The notes under the pieces are model-generated. The model had not been told where the DNA came from and made no database searches. It saw only the letters and a program-made list of their open reading frames with translations. A DNA stretch of 64,000 nt from an uncultured Rhizobacter sp. (GTDB lineage: Bacteria > Pseudomonadota > Gammaproteobacteria > Burkholderiales > Burkholderiaceae_C), in the NCBI GenBank assembly GCA_964249855.1, contig CAXUDL010000027.1, positions 2,953-66,952 of the forward strand, given 5' to 3'. The position numbers were made by a program, and so were the translations under genes. Of this stretch, positions 1 to 10,875 are shown one piece after another. How positions within the stretch are numbered: the stretch's first letter is position 1; each line of letters begins with the position of its first letter.

Positions 1-663
1 CTGGTCGAGCATCGTCTGCAGGAAGGCGCGCTGCTCGGGCGGCAGCGGCGAGAACGGGTCGCCGATGCCCTTGTTCCTGCCGGCAGTGAGCAGCCGGCGC
101 TCGACGCCGAGCTTCTCGATCAGGCCGGTCGCGCCCCAGCTGTCCATCAGCACGCCGATCGAGCCGACGATCGACGCCTTGTCGGCATAGATCTCGTCCG
201 CAGCGACGGCGATGTAGTAGGCCCCCGACGCACAGGTCTCGTCGACGACCGCGTAGACCTTCTTCTTGTGCAGCGCCTTCAGACGGCGGATCTCGTCGTT
301 GAGGATGCCGGCCTGCACCGGGCTGCCGCCGGGCGAATTGATCCGCAGCACGACCGCCTTGGCGCCGGCGTCCTCGAACGCGGTGCGGATGCCGGGCAAC
401 AGGTTGTCGGCGCTCGCCGCCATGCCCTCGCCGATTTCTCCGCGGACCTCGATCAGCGCGGTGTGCGGACCGGCCGGCGCCGTGCCGTGGCCGCGGCCGG
501 CCCAGAGCGAGACCACGACGAAGCCGACCACGAGCAGCCAGAAGATCCGCGAGACCCAGCGCCAGCGGCGTTCGCTGCGCCGGTCGCGCAGATAGTCGCG
601 CGCGAAGCGTTCGGCGACGTCGTCCCAGCCCGCGCGGGGCTCGTTGGATTCGTTGGATGTCAT
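1..663 (-). CDS. sppA: signal peptide peptidase SppA / S49 family peptidase (C-terminal part lies beyond base 1)
   Basis: Absent from the ORF track because there is no stop inside the window. My own translation of the minus strand from ATG 663..661 gives MTSNESNEPRAGWDDVAERF..., one TM helix, then LRINSPGGS, CASGAYYIAVAAD and GSIGV motifs typical of S49 peptidases. The frame stays open to base 1. ATGA overlap with the next gene. Confidence 0.8.
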   Translation of the reverse strand, partial: MTSNESNEPRAGWDDVAERFARDYLRDRRSERRWRWVSRIFWLLVVGFVVVSLWAGRGHGTAPAGPHTALIEVRGEIGEGMAASADNLLPGIRTAFEDAGAKAVVLRINSPGGSPVQAGILNDEIRRLKALHKKKVYAVVDETCASGAYYIAVAADEIYADKASIVGSIGVLMDSWGATGLIEKLGVERRLLTAGRNKGIGDPFSPLPPEQRAFLQTMLDQ

Positions 664-1061
664 GGGGGGACTTCTTTGCCGAGGACCGGCCGGGTGTCGC
701 GGGAAGGATACCAATAGACCTCGCCGTCGCGCTCCTCCAGGGCGATGCGGGTCAGCGTGCCGCGACCGCAGGGGCCGCCCGCGCAGCGGCCGGTCGCCGG
801 CGCATAGGCCGCGCCGTGCGTTGCGCAGAGGATGAATTCCTTGCGGCTGTCGAGGAACTCGCCGGGCTGCCAGTCCATTTCCATCGGGACGTGCAGGCAG
901 CGGTTGAGGTAGGCGACCGGCACGCCGTCGAAGCGCAGCGCGAACGCGCGGGCGGCCTGGCGGAAGTGCAGCACGTCGAACGAGACCGCGAGGCCCTTTT
1001 CCGCGAGCTCGGCAGAGGCGCAGAGCCGCTGCGGCGGCAGCTCGGGCGGCGCCTCAAGCAT
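660..1061 (-). CDS. Rieske (2Fe-2S) domain protein
   Basis: 133-aa ORF with the two Rieske cluster boxes: CLHVPMEMD (CxH) and CATHGAAY (CxxH). Tightly packed between sppA and the HAD gene. Confidence 0.8.
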   Translation of the reverse strand: MLEAPPELPPQRLCASAELAEKGLAVSFDVLHFRQAARAFALRFDGVPVAYLNRCLHVPMEMDWQPGEFLDSRKEFILCATHGAAYAPATGRCAGGPCGRGTLTRIALEERDGEVYWYPSRDTRPVLGKEVPP

Positions 1062-1716
1062 GCTCGGTCAGCCAGCCGTGCAGATCGGCGATCGACGCGG
1101 CGACATGCAAGGGCGCGAACGCGGCGAACTCCGACGGGTCGTGGGCGCCGTACGCGACGGCGACGCTCGCGGTGCCGGCGTTGGCCGCGAGCTGCAGGTC
1201 GTGCGTGGTGTCGCCGATCATCAGCGTGCGCGCCGGTGCGGCCGCGAGCGCGTCCATCAATTCGACCAGCATGCGCGGGTCCGGCTTCGACGCCGTCTCG
1301 TCGGCGGTGCGCGTCGCGTCGAACAGACCTGCGAGCGCGGAGCGCGAGAGCACGTCGTCGAGCCCGCGCCGCGACTTGCCGGTCGCGACGGCCAGCCGGT
1401 GCCCGCGCGCCTTCAGCGTCCGCAGCAGCTCGAGCGCGCCGTCGAAGAACACGACCTCGTGCTGGGCCTTGAAGTAATGGTGCCGGTAGCGGTCGGCGAG
1501 ATCCCGGTAGCGCTCGCGCGGCAGGTCGGGCGCGGCGTGCTGCAGCGCTTCGATCAGCCCCATGCCGATCACGAAGCTCGCGTCGCGGTCGCTCGGCACG
1601 CGGATCTCGAGGTCGGCGCAGGCGGCCTGGATGCAGCGGGTGATCAGCGCCGTCGAGTCGAAGAGCGTGCCGTCCCAGTCGAACACGATCAGGTCGAAGC
1701 TTTGGTGCGCGGTCAT
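1054..1716 (-). CDS. HAD-superfamily hydrolase, phosphoglycolate-phosphatase-like
   Basis: MTAHQSFDLIVFDWDGTLFDS (DxDGT motif I) and later GDTTHDLQLAANAG (motif IV). Start moved to the internal ATG at 1716, which forms an ATGA overlap with the rluC stop. Confidence 0.8.
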   Translation of the reverse strand: MTAHQSFDLIVFDWDGTLFDSTALITRCIQAACADLEIRVPSDRDASFVIGMGLIEALQHAAPDLPRERYRDLADRYRHHYFKAQHEVVFFDGALELLRTLKARGHRLAVATGKSRRGLDDVLSRSALAGLFDATRTADETASKPDPRMLVELMDALAAAPARTLMIGDTTHDLQLAANAGTASVAVAYGAHDPSEFAAFAPLHVAASIADLHGWLTEHA

Positions 1717-2741
1717 GGAGCGTGCGCGGCGAGCGCCCGGAGCAAGGCCTCGCATTCTGCCGGGAGCGGTGCGTCGAGCTCGACGGACGAGCCGGTGCCC
1801 GGATGCGTGAAACGGAGATGCCGTGCGTGCAGGAACATCCGCTCGAAGCGGCAGCCCGGCACACGCTCGCCGCGGGCAAGCGACTTGTTGAGCGCGAAGT
1901 CGCCGTACTTCTCGTCGCCGACGATCGGATGGCTTTCGTGGGTGAGGTGGACGCGGATCTGGTGCGTCCGACCGGTCTTGATCGTCACGTCGAGCAGGCT
2001 GAAGCCCGCGAGCTGCGCGCGCACGTCGACGAGCGTGATCGCGCGCCGGCCGTCGGCCGCGGCCTCGACGCGACGCTCGCCGCCGGCGGTCAGGAACTTG
2101 TGCAGCGCCACGTCGACGACCTTCCTGCTCGCCGGCCAGGCGCCGACGACGAGCGCCGCGTAGGTCTTCCGGATCGCCTTCTCGCCGCCGTGCACGCGCA
2201 GCTGGTCTTGCAGCGCGACGAGCGCGGAACGCTTCTTGGCGATCAGCAGCAGCCCCGACGTCTCCTTGTCGAGCCGGTGGACGAGCTCGAGGAACTTCGC
2301 CGCCGGTCGGGCGCGGCGCAACTGCTCGATGACGCCGAAGCTGACGCCGCTGCCGCCGTGGACGGCGACGCCGGCGGGCTTGTCGATCGCGAGCAGGTGA
2401 TCGTCCTCCAGGACGACCGCGAACTCACGCGGCGGCGCCGGGCTTCGCTCCGCGGCGCTCTGCGACGTGCGAACCGGCGGCACGCGGATCTCGTCGCCGA
2501 GCGCGAGCCGCGTGTCGGCGGCCGCGCGACCCTTGTTGACGCGGACCTCGCCCGAGCGGATGACGCGGTAGACGTGCGCCTTCGGCACGCCCTTGAGCAA
2601 CTTGACGAGGAAATTGTCGAGCCGCTGGCCGTCGGACGATTCGTCGACGAGGACCCGCGCGACCGCCGGTGCCGCGCCGGCAGCGGGCCGGTCGCCACCC
2701 GCTTTGGCGCCTATAATTCCCGGTACCGCGTTGTGCTGCAA
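1713..2741 (-). CDS. rluC: 23S rRNA pseudouridine synthase RluC (RluA family); start uncertain (TTG 2741 or TTG 2756)
   Basis: C-terminal 340 aa of the 612-aa track ORF: S4 domain (GQRLDNFLVKLLKGVPKAHVYRVIRSGEVRVNKGR) and catalytic HRLDKETSGLLLIAK. Divergent from rne, as in E. coli. The upstream part of the track ORF is Arg/Gly-rich junk. Confidence 0.8.
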   Translation of the reverse strand: MQHNAVPGIIGAKAGGDRPAAGAAPAVARVLVDESSDGQRLDNFLVKLLKGVPKAHVYRVIRSGEVRVNKGRAAADTRLALGDEIRVPPVRTSQSAAERSPAPPREFAVVLEDDHLLAIDKPAGVAVHGGSGVSFGVIEQLRRARPAAKFLELVHRLDKETSGLLLIAKKRSALVALQDQLRVHGGEKAIRKTYAALVVGAWPASRKVVDVALHKFLTAGGERRVEAAADGRRAITLVDVRAQLAGFSLLDVTIKTGRTHQIRVHLTHESHPIVGDEKYGDFALNKSLARGERVPGCRFERMFLHARHLRFTHPGTGSSVELDAPLPAECEALLRALAAHAP

Positions 2742-3429
2742 GTGTTTGATGCGCAAGAGTTTACCGTTCGGTGGTCGCGACCGACCCGAACGCCGAGCTC
2801 GGCGAGCGCATCGCACCTGCCGGCACGGCGCGGCGGCGGGGCGCGAGCCCCGGCCCCTGGTGATGCAACGCACCGGCGCGTGCGGCAGGACCTGTCCCGA
2901 AGCGACAGGGCGGCCGACAGCCTCGGCGCGGAAGAGCAAACGAAGAACGAACGCATTCAAAGGTTTCCGGCAGGAGACCGGTTCGCTGAGGCAGCCCGAC
3001 GACGGCCCGCCGGTCCCAGCCTCCGACTCTTGCCCGCGTCCAACGGACTCCATGCGGACATCGACCGCCCTGCCCCGATCACCGCGCCCCGTGCGTCCGC
3101 TGCCCCGGCCAAGAGCCGCGGATGCCGCGGGCGACTGCGGCGCGACAGGGGCGCCGGCCAACGATGTCCAGCGCGCATGCCCGCAACTGCCGCTCCGGCA
3201 GCTCGGCACGCGGCGCTCCGCCGAGTTCCCGACCACGCACGCGCCAACGTTGCCGCCCGTCCGGCCGGTCTTCTGACCGCACCGTTCGCAGGCAATCCAG
3301 GGCGACACCCTTCGGTTCCTTCGCCGTTTTCTCGTGCATCGATCGTCGCCTTCCGGCAAGGCCGGCGCGACTGCGTGTGATGCACGGCCCGCTCCCACTT
3401 CCGAGCGGCCCGGGCGAAGGAGTGGTTTG
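2742..3429 (+). promoter_or_regulatory. rluC-rne divergent control region / long rne 5' leader
   Basis: About 690 nt with no credible ORF between divergent rluC and rne. A local AT-rich patch carries TATAAT on the plus strand (2712-2717, just inside or next to the rluC start). E. coli rne is known to carry a long autoregulatory 5' UTR. Structure not verified here. Confidence 0.4.
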
Positions 3430-6400
3430 ATGAAACGCATGCTGATCAATGCGACGCAGCCCGAAGAACGGCGCCTCGCGATCGTCGACGGCCAGAAGCT
3501 GATGGACTTCGAGACCGAGATCGAAGGCCGCGAACAGCGCAAGGGCAACATCTACAAGGCGGTCGTGACGCGCGTCGAGCCGTCGCTCGAAGCCTGCTTC
3601 ATCGACTACGGCGAGGACCGCCACGGCTTCCTGCCGTTCAAGGAAATCGCGAAGACCTACTTCCGCGAAGGAGCCTCGACGCGCGACGCGCGCATCCAGG
3701 ACTGCATCTCGAACGGCCAGGAACTTCTTGTCCAGGTCGAGAAGGAAGAACGCGGCAACAAGGGCGCGGCGCTCACCACCTTCGTCTCGCTCGCCGGCCG
3801 CTACCTCGTGCTGATGCCCAACAACCCGCGCGGCGGCGGCGTCTCGCGCCGCATCGAGGGCGAGGACCGCGAGGAACTGAAGGAAAACCTCGACCAGCTC
3901 GAGTACCCGAAGGGCATGAGCCTGATCGCCCGCACCGCCGGCATCGGCCGCACCGCGCCCGAGCTGCAGTGGGACTTGAACTACATGCTCAAGCTCTGGA
4001 CCGCCATCGACGGCGCGGCCAAGGCGGGCAAGGGCGCGTTCCTGATCTACCAGGAGTCGAGCCTCGTCATCCGCGCGATCCGCGACTACTTCACCGCCGA
4101 CGTCGGCGAGATCCTGATCGACACCGACGACATCTTCGACCAGGCGCAGCAGTTCATGGCGCACGTGATGCCGGAGACGGCGCACAAGGTCAAGCGCTAC
4201 CGCGACGATGCACCGCTCTTCAGCCGCTTCCAGATCGAGCACCAGATCGAGACGGCGTTCTCGCGCACCGTCAACCTGCCGTCGGGCGGCGCGATCGTCA
4301 TCGACCACACCGAAGCGCTCGTCTCGGTCGACGTCAATTCGGCGCGCTCGACGCGCGGCTCGGACATCGAGGAGACCGCGACCCGCACGAACCTCGAGGC
4401 CGCCGACGAGATCGCGCGCCAGATGCGTCTGCGCGACCTGGGCGGCCTGATCGTCGTCGACTTCATCGACATGGAGGAGTCGAAGAACCGCCGCGAGGTC
4501 GAAACCCGCCTGCGCGATGCGCTGCGCCAGGACCGCGCGCGGGTGCAGTTCAGCTCGATCTCGAAGTTCGGCCTGCTCGAGCTCAGCCGCCAGCGCCTGC
4601 GCCCGGCGCTCTCCGAAGGCAGCCACATCACCTGCCCGCGTTGCAACGGCACCGGCCACATCCGCGACACCGAGTCCTCGGCCCTGCAGATCCTGCGCAT
4701 GGTGCAGGAGGAGTCGATGAAGGACAACACCGCCGCCGTGCACGTGCAGGTGCCGGTCGAAGTGACGTCGTTCCTGCTCAACGAGAAGCGCACCGAGATC
4801 ACCAAGATCGAGCTGAAGCAGCGCGTGACCGTGCTGCTGGTGCCCAACAAGACGCTCGAGACGCCGAATTACCGCCTGGAGCGCCTGCGCCACGATGACC
4901 CTCGGCTCGAGAACCTGCAGGCCAGCTACACGATGATCGACGAGCCTGAAGAGGAAGTCGGCATCACGCGGCGCGAGAAGGGCAAGCCGAAGCAGGAGCC
5001 GGTCATCAAGGGCATCCTGCCCGAGACGCCGGCACCGATCGCGGCCCCGAAGCCGGCGCCGGTGGTGGTACCGGAGCCTGCTCCGGCACCGGTCGTCGCG
5101 GCGCCGCCCGCTCCCGCACCTGCGCCCGCGCCCGCGCCTGCCGGCGCCGGCTTCTTCGGCTGGGTGAAGAGTTTGCTGGGCGGTAGCGCTCCGGCACCGG
5201 TCGCCGCGCCGACGCAGTCGCCGGCGATCGTGCCGCCGGCGACGCCGGTCGCTGCGGCCGCTCCTGCAGCCGGCGCGGCACGTGCCGGCGAAGCGCGCGG
5301 CGAGCGGTCGGAGCGCGGCGAGCGTCCGAACCGTGGCGAACGTGGCGGCCGCGGCGGCAGCAAGCGCGGCGAAGGCCGCAGCGCCGAAGGCCGGGCGGCT
5401 GAAGGCCGCAGTGCCGAGGGCCGCAGCGCCGAAGGCCGGGCGGAAGGTCGCGGCGAGGGCCGAGTGGAGGGTCGCGGCGAGGGCCGGCGTGGCCCGCGCA
5501 GCGAACGTGCTCCGGCCGACGGCGTCGCGTTGCCGACCGGCGACGCGGCCGATGCGCCGCGCAACGACGAGCGCCCCGCGCGCGCTCCGCGGGATGAAAC
5601 CCCACGCGCGCCGCGCGACGACGCCTCGCGCCCGCCGCGCGACGAAGCTGCGCGCCCGGAGCGCGCCGACGGCCGCCGCGGGCCGCGCGCCGAGCGCGAG
5701 CCGCGTCGCTCCGAAGCGCTCGACGAGTCGAGCGCCGAAGCCCTGGCCGCGCCGCAGGCGTTGCTGGACGCGACACCGACCGAAGAGGTCGCGGAGAGCG
5801 TCGAGGCGACCGGAGAACGCCAAGGCCGTCGCCGCAACCGCCGCGGCGGGCGGTCGCGCGAGCGTGACGACGCGGTCGAGGCAGGCGCCGACGGTACCGG
5901 CACGGCCGGCGTCGACGGGGCCGCGCCGGGCATGGACGGCGCGAGTGCCGCGGCCACGGAGCGCACCGGCACCTCCGATGCCGACACGCCGTCGACCACG
6001 GTGCAGTCCGAGGCGGCGGCTTCCCGGGACGAGCGCGGCGACGCGCTGCCGGGCGAGGCCGAGTCGGCGTCGACTCCCACGTCGCGTCCGGAGGGCGAAG
6101 GGCGGCGCCGCAGCCGAGGCGGCCGTGGCCGTCGCGAACGCGGTGACGAGGTCGCAGCGACCGAAGGCCAGGCCGCGCCAGCCGACGGCGTGATCGGCGC
6201 GAGCCCGCTCGCCGCGCAGGCGTTCGCCGACGACGTCGGCTCGGTGGGTGCCGCAGCGCCGCTCGAGCAGCCGCCGGCCGCCGAGCCGATGCCGCTGGCC
6301 GAGACCGCCCACGTCGATGTCGACAGCCTGCGCGCCAGCCCGGATGCCGTCCGCCGCGCCGACCGGGCCCCGGCGCTGACCGAGCCGACCACCGCACCGC

Positions 6401-6777
6401 CGGCCATCGAAGAAAGCGACGCGCCGGTGCCGGTACCGACGGCGAGCGCGGCGTCGCCGGCGCCCGCCGAGGCCGCGACGGCGAGCGAGCCTGCAGCGCC
6501 CGCACCGGCCGGGCCGCCCTACGTCCTGCCGATGGACAGTCTGCTCGCGGTCGCCGAGTCGGCCGGCTTGCAGTGGGTCAACTCGGACGCCGAGAAGATC
6601 CGCTCGGCGCAGGCCGAGATGGCCGCCGAGGCGCCGCCGGAGCGGGTGCCGCGCGAGCGGCCGCCGGTGCAGGCGCTCGACGACGGTCCGCTGGTGCTCG
6701 TCGAGACGAAGAAGGACCTGTCGCAGGTCAAGCTGCCCTTCGAGACCGCGCCGACCGACGCACGGCCGGGCGCCTGA
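3430..6777 (+). CDS. rne: ribonuclease E
   Basis: [30 protein letters not shown]..., S1 domain, DNase-I-like and Zn-link ([11 protein letters not shown]) regions. This is followed by a long Arg/Pro/Glu/Ala-rich low-complexity scaffold half. Start set to ATG 3430 rather than the track start at 3334. Confidence 0.95.
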   Translation: MKRMLINATQPEERRLAIVDGQKLMDFETEIEGREQRKGNIYKAVVTRVEPSLEACFIDYGEDRHGFLPFKEIAKTYFREGASTRDARIQDCISNGQELLVQVEKEERGNKGAALTTFVSLAGRYLVLMPNNPRGGGVSRRIEGEDREELKENLDQLEYPKGMSLIARTAGIGRTAPELQWDLNYMLKLWTAIDGAAKAGKGAFLIYQESSLVIRAIRDYFTADVGEILIDTDDIFDQAQQFMAHVMPETAHKVKRYRDDAPLFSRFQIEHQIETAFSRTVNLPSGGAIVIDHTEALVSVDVNSARSTRGSDIEETATRTNLEAADEIARQMRLRDLGGLIVVDFIDMEESKNRREVETRLRDALRQDRARVQFSSISKFGLLELSRQRLRPALSEGSHITCPRCNGTGHIRDTESSALQILRMVQEESMKDNTAAVHVQVPVEVTSFLLNEKRTEITKIELKQRVTVLLVPNKTLETPNYRLERLRHDDPRLENLQASYTMIDEPEEEVGITRREKGKPKQEPVIKGILPETPAPIAAPKPAPVVVPEPAPAPVVAAPPAPAPAPAPAPAGAGFFGWVKSLLGGSAPAPVAAPTQSPAIVPPATPVAAAAPAAGAARAGEARGERSERGERPNRGERGGRGGSKRGEGRSAEGRAAEGRSAEGRSAEGRAEGRGEGRVEGRGEGRRGPRSERAPADGVALPTGDAADAPRNDERPARAPRDETPRAPRDDASRPPRDEAARPERADGRRGPRAEREPRRSEALDESSAEALAAPQALLDATPTEEVAESVEATGERQGRRRNRRGGRSRERDDAVEAGADGTGTAGVDGAAPGMDGASAAATERTGTSDADTPSTTVQSEAAASRDERGDALPGEAESASTPTSRPEGEGRRRSRGGRGRRERGDEVAATEGQAAPADGVIGASPLAAQAFADDVGSVGAAAPLEQPPAAEPMPLAETAHVDVDSLRASPDAVRRADRAPALTEPTTAPPAIEESDAPVPVPTASAASPAPAEAATASEPAAPAPAGPPYVLPMDSLLAVAESAGLQWVNSDAEKIRSAQAEMAAEAPPERVPRERPPVQALDDGPLVLVETKKDLSQVKLPFETAPTDARPGA
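5371..5485 (+). repeat. in-frame 15-nt tandem repeats inside the rne scaffold region
   Basis: gaaggccgcagcgcc-type units encode [38 protein letters not shown]. Read directly in the sequence. Confidence 0.6.
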
Positions 6778-6797
6778 CACGAGGCTCGCTCGACACG

Positions 6798-6827
6798 GCC
6801 GCCGGCACACTGCCGGCGGCTTTTTTT
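6798..6827 (+). terminator. rho-independent terminator after rne
   Basis: Perfect 10-bp stem gccgccggca / tgccggcggc with a 3-nt loop, followed by T7 (6821-6827), 20 nt after the rne stop. Confidence 0.75.
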
Positions 6828-6855
6828 CGCCCGCGCGGCGCGCCGGGCAAGCGCG

Positions 6856-7959
6856 TCAGGGCAGGCGCTCGAGCGAGCTGCGGTACGCCGCGTCGTGCAT
6901 CAGTTCGTCCCAGGCGAGCGGCGGCGTCTGCGGCAACAGCGCCAGGCGGCGCGCCTCGCTGTCGGGCTCGGGCTGCCACCGGCCTTGCGCCTGCGCCGCG
7001 GCCAGGCCGTCGAGCAGCGCGTCGAGGCCGCGACCGCCGGCGAGCGACTGGTTGCAAAGCAGGACGAGATCGCAGCCGGCCTGCAGCGCGAGCGTCGCCG
7101 CTTCGGCGAAGTCGAGCCGGCGGCCCTCGAGCGTTCGCGCGCCTTGCATGCTCAGGTCGTCGCTGAAGATGGCGCCGGTGAAGCCGAGCCGCTGGCGCAG
7201 GATCTCCCGCAGCCATCGCGGCGAGAAACCGGCCGGCCGGGCGTCGACCTTCGGGTAGACGACGTGCGCCGGCATCACGCTCTTCAGGCTCGTGCCGAGC
7301 CAGCCGTAGGGCCGGGCGTCGTCGGCGAGGATCGCGCGCAGGCTGCGCCGATCGACCGGCACGTCGGTGTGGCTGTCGGCACGGACGAAGCCGTGACCGG
7401 GAAAGTGCTTGCCGCAAGCCTGCATGCCGCCGAGCAGCAGGCCGTGCATGAGGCTTTTCGCGAGCAGCGTCGCGACGCGTGGATCGCGCGCGAACGCCCG
7501 ATCTCCGATGACGCCGCTCGCACCGAAGTCGAGGTCGAGCACCGGCGTGAAGCTCAAGCCGACGCCGCAGGCGCGCAGCTCGCTCGCGAGGACGTGGCCG
7601 ACGGCGGTCGCGGCCTCGGTCGCCCGCATCGCGCCGCTGCCCGGGCCGCCGCGGCCGTCGGCCATCCAGAGCTCGCCGAGCGCGCGCATCGGCGGCAGCA
7701 CGGTGAAGCCGTCGGTGCGGAAGCGCTGCACCCTGCCGCCTTCCTGATCGACGCAGAGGAGGAGATCCGGGCGCAGCGACTCGATTTCGGCGGTCAGCTC
7801 GACGAGCTGGCGGCGGTCGACCCAGTTGCGCGCGAACAGGATGAGGCCGCCGGTCAGCGGATGGGCGATGCGGCGGCGATCGTCGGCATCGAGCGCCGTG
7901 CCGGCGATGTCGAGCACGACGGGACTGTGCGTCGGCGGCGGTCGGACGGCAGCGTTCAA
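6856..7959 (-). CDS. nagZ: beta-N-acetylhexosaminidase NagZ (GH3)
   Basis: [32 protein letters not shown]..., KHFPGHG and the GH3 core. TTG start forms a TTGA overlap with the acpS stop; a GTG 14 codons downstream (7917) is an alternative. Confidence 0.9.
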   Translation of the reverse strand: MNAAVRPPPTHSPVVLDIAGTALDADDRRRIAHPLTGGLILFARNWVDRRQLVELTAEIESLRPDLLLCVDQEGGRVQRFRTDGFTVLPPMRALGELWMADGRGGPGSGAMRATEAATAVGHVLASELRACGVGLSFTPVLDLDFGASGVIGDRAFARDPRVATLLAKSLMHGLLLGGMQACGKHFPGHGFVRADSHTDVPVDRRSLRAILADDARPYGWLGTSLKSVMPAHVVYPKVDARPAGFSPRWLREILRQRLGFTGAIFSDDLSMQGARTLEGRRLDFAEAATLALQAGCDLVLLCNQSLAGGRGLDALLDGLAAAQAQGRWQPEPDSEARRLALLPQTPPLAWDELMHDAAYRSSLERLP

Positions 7960-8360
7960 GAAGTCGGATCCCGGGTTTCAACGACGACGAAGCTCGCGGC
8001 GTAGTCGGCCTCGTCGGTCAGGGTGACATGGGCGCGGAGCTGGCGCGCCTCGAACCAGCGCGCCAGCTCGCCGTGGAGCCGGACCGCGGGCTTGCCGCTC
8101 GGCGCGTTGACGATCTCGCAGTCGCGCCAGGTCATCGGCATGCGCATGCCGAGGCCGATCGCCTTCGAGAACGCTTCCTTGGCCGAGAAGCGCGTCGCGA
8201 GGAAGCCGACGCCGCGGGCGTCGACGCGGCGGCGACGCTCGCGAAAGACGGCGAGCTCGCTGGGGCCGAGCACGCGCTCGGCGAAGCGGTCGCCGCGGCG
8301 CGCGAGCGTCGCCGCGATGCGGCGCATGTCGCAGAGGTCGGTGCCGATGCCGTAGATCAC
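7956..8360 (-). CDS. acpS: holo-[acyl-carrier-protein] synthase
   Basis: [31 protein letters not shown]...[13 protein letters not shown] start at 8360 with a GTGA overlap with pdxJ. Only the C-terminal 134 aa of the 351-aa track ORF are credible. Confidence 0.9.
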   Translation of the reverse strand: MIYGIGTDLCDMRRIAATLARRGDRFAERVLGPSELAVFRERRRRVDARGVGFLATRFSAKEAFSKAIGLGMRMPMTWRDCEIVNAPSGKPAVRLHGELARWFEARQLRAHVTLTDEADYAASFVVVETRDPTS

Positions 8361-9145
8361 GCGGCGCCCGCCGCCGCATGGATGCAGCGCAGGTAGTCGA
8401 GCACGGTCTCGCGGTAGCCGAACTCGAGCGCATCGGCGACGAGCGCGTGGCCGATCGAAACCTCGGCGACGCCGGGCACGGCACGCAGGAACGGCGCGAG
8501 GTTGTCGCGGTTCAGGTCGTGGCCGGCGTTGACGCCGAGGCCCTCGGCGATCGCCGCACGGGCGGTGTCGGTGAAGCGGGCGAGGACCGATTCCTCGTCC
8601 GCACCGCCGAACGCCCGCGCATAGCTCTCGGTGTAGAGCTCGACACGGTCGGCACCGAGCACGCGGACCGCGGCCATCGCGTCGGGCAGCGGGTCCATGA
8701 AGAGGCTCACGCGCACGCCGAGCGACCTTGCTTCGTCGATCAGCGGTGCCAGCCGCGCGGCGTCCTGGGGCAGTCGCCAGCCGTGGTCGGACGTGACCTG
8801 CTCGACGCTGTCGGGCACGAAGGTGCACTGCTGCGGCCGCACGGCGCGGACGATGTCCATCAGGTTGTGGAACGGGTTGCCCTCGATGTTGTATTCGGCC
8901 TGCGGCCAGGCCTGCAGCAGTGCGGCGAGCTCGTGGACGTCGCTCGCGCGGATGTGCCGTTCGTCCGGCCGCGGATGCACGGTGATGCCCTGGGCGCCGG
9001 CCTCGAGACACATCGTCGCGGCGCGGACGACGCTCGGGATGCCGATCGTGCGGGTGTTGCGCAGCAGTGCGACCTTGTTGACGTTGACCGACAGCGCGGT
9101 GAAGCCGCGATGCGCGTCGACGCCGGTGGTGACGAGTGGATTCAT
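8357..9145 (-). CDS. pdxJ: pyridoxine 5'-phosphate synthase
   Basis: [15 protein letters not shown]...[12 protein letters not shown]...GHDLN motifs. pdxJ-acpS adjacency as in E. coli. Confidence 0.95.
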   Translation of the reverse strand: MNPLVTTGVDAHRGFTALSVNVNKVALLRNTRTIGIPSVVRAATMCLEAGAQGITVHPRPDERHIRASDVHELAALLQAWPQAEYNIEGNPFHNLMDIVRAVRPQQCTFVPDSVEQVTSDHGWRLPQDAARLAPLIDEARSLGVRVSLFMDPLPDAMAAVRVLGADRVELYTESYARAFGGADEESVLARFTDTARAAIAEGLGVNAGHDLNRDNLAPFLRAVPGVAEVSIGHALVADALEFGYRETVLDYLRCIHAAAGAA

Positions 9146-9155
9146 GGCGGCCCGG

Positions 9156-9935
9156 CTAGAGGTTCTGCAACGCCCGCATCACCTCGCGGGTGCGGAGCTG
9201 CGATGCGCCGAGATGGTATTGCAGGACGCCGCGCAGCACGGCCTTCAGCGCCGGGCCGCTCGCGGCGCACGCCTGCTGCAGGGCAGCCAGGCTGCCGTGC
9301 TGCAGGGCCGCTTGCAGACCGAGCAGCGCGGCACCGCGCACGGCGGCTTCCGGCGCGTCCGCCGGCACGACGCCGGCATCCGGCCGCAGCGCGTGACCGG
9401 CTTCGGCCGCCACCGGCTGCTGCGTCGCGGTGACCACGCTCAGGTCCGGCAGCAGCCCGATCTCCCGCAACAGGACCAGCTCGAACGCGCGGAGCGCGGC
9501 GCCCACCGCCGCGTCCTCGCCCGGACCGAGCGACGGCAAGGTCGCCGCGTAGACGTCGAACAGCGCGGGATGCGGATCGTGGCGGCCGATCAGCTTCATC
9601 AGCAGCTCGTTGAGGTAGAAGCCGTTGAAGAGCGCCGCACCGGTCGGCATGGGGCCGCCGCCGGCCCATTCGGCGGCACGCAGCGTCTGGATCTCGCCTG
9701 CGTCGGCGTCGGTCGCGAGCCGGGTGACGGAGACGCTGAGGCGCTGGAACGGCAGCAGCACCGAGCGGAGCTGCGAGAACGGCCGCCGCGCGCCCTTGGC
9801 GGCGACCGCGATGCGGCCCTGTTCGCGGGTGAAGACATCGAGGATCAGGCTCGACTCGCTCCATTCGTAGCGGTGCAGCACGTAGGCCGCGAGCGGCGCC
9901 GCCGGGCCGCGCCGCGGGCCGGCACGCGTTGCCAC
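9156..9935 (-). CDS. recO: DNA repair protein RecO
   Basis: AAYVLHRYEWSESSLILDVFTREQGRIAVAAKGARRPFSQLRSVLLPFQ. Start moved to GTG 9935, just downstream of the era stop; the track start at 10106 would overlap era. Confidence 0.85.
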   Translation of the reverse strand: MATRAGPRRGPAAPLAAYVLHRYEWSESSLILDVFTREQGRIAVAAKGARRPFSQLRSVLLPFQRLSVSVTRLATDADAGEIQTLRAAEWAGGGPMPTGAALFNGFYLNELLMKLIGRHDPHPALFDVYAATLPSLGPGEDAAVGAALRAFELVLLREIGLLPDLSVVTATQQPVAAEAGHALRPDAGVVPADAPEAAVRGAALLGLQAALQHGSLAALQQACAASGPALKAVLRGVLQYHLGASQLRTREVMRALQNL

Positions 9936-9954
9936 CGCTCGGCCGCTCAGAGTC

Positions 9955-10875
9955 TTACTCGTAGCCGTACGACCGCAGATGCGCTTCGTCGTCCGCCCAG
10001 CCCGAACGGACCTTGACCCAGATCTCGACGAAGACCTTGGCGTCCAGCAGCCGCTCGAGCTCCTGGCGCGCTTCGGAGCCGATGCGCTTGAGCCGCTCGC
10101 CGCCATTGCCGATCACCATGCCCTTGTGCGCATCGCGCTCGACGACGATCGTGGCCGCGATGCGGCGCAGGCCGCCCTCCTCCTCGTACTTGTCGATGAC
10201 GACGGTCGAGGTGTAGGGCAGTTCGTCGCCGGTCAGCCGGAAGAGCTTCTCGCGGATGAGCTCGCTCGCGAGGAAGCGGTCGCTGCGATCGGTTAGCGCG
10301 TCTTGCTCGTAGGCCCACGGCTGCACGGGAAGGTAGGGCTCGAGGATGCCGAGCAGGCGGGTCGCATCGGCCTCCTTGCGCGCCGACAGCGGAACGAACT
10401 CGGCGAAGGCATGGCGCGCCTGCATCGCCTTCAACCACGGCGCGAGCTCGGCGCGGCGCTGCACGGCGTCGAGCTTGTTCGCGATCAGGAACGACGGCTT
10501 GCCGGGCGGCAGCAACGCGAGCACCTTGGCGTCGTCGAGGCCGAAGCGGCCCGCCTCGACGACGAAGAGCACGAGGTCGACGTCCGACAGCACGCTTTGC
10601 ACCGTGCGGTTCAGGTTGCGGTTCAACGCCGCGCCGTGCCGGGTCTGGAAGCCCGGCGTGTCGACGAAGACGAACTGCGCGGCGCCGCTGCTCCGAATGC
10701 CGGTGATGCGGTGGCGCGTCGTCTGCGCCTTGTCGGAAGTGATGCTGACCTTCTGGCCCACGAGCATGTTGAGCAGCGTCGACTTGCCGACGTTGGGCCG
10801 GCCGACGATCGCGACGAGGCCGCAGCGCGTCGGCGCGGGGGCGCTGGAGTCGTCGTCGGCCACCGGCGTCGTCAC
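9955..10875 (-). CDS. era: GTPase Era
   Basis: G1 [24 protein letters not shown] and a C-terminal KH domain. GTG start 10875 makes a GTGA overlap with the rnc stop. Confidence 0.95.
   Translation of the reverse strand: MTTPVADDDSSAPAPTRCGLVAIVGRPNVGKSTLLNMLVGQKVSITSDKAQTTRHRITGIRSSGAAQFVFVDTPGFQTRHGAALNRNLNRTVQSVLSDVDLVLFVVEAGRFGLDDAKVLALLPPGKPSFLIANKLDAVQRRAELAPWLKAMQARHAFAEFVPLSARKEADATRLLGILEPYLPVQPWAYEQDALTDRSDRFLASELIREKLFRLTGDELPYTSTVVIDKYEEEGGLRRIAATIVVERDAHKGMVIGNGGERLKRIGSEARQELERLLDAKVFVEIWVKVRSGWADDEAHLRSYGYE

Noticed and set aside
5371-5485. Short tandem repeats here and at 18509..18604, checked as possible CRISPR/VNTR arrays
   Set aside because: The units are contiguous with no spacers and lie in frame inside rne and rseA. 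They are coding micro-repeats, not CRISPR.
3079-6810. 1243-aa ORF on the minus strand, the longest in the track
   Set aside because: It is exactly antisense to rne. The translation is an Arg/Ala/Gly/Leu low-complexity string without motifs. This is the typical shadow ORF of a ~70% GC genome.
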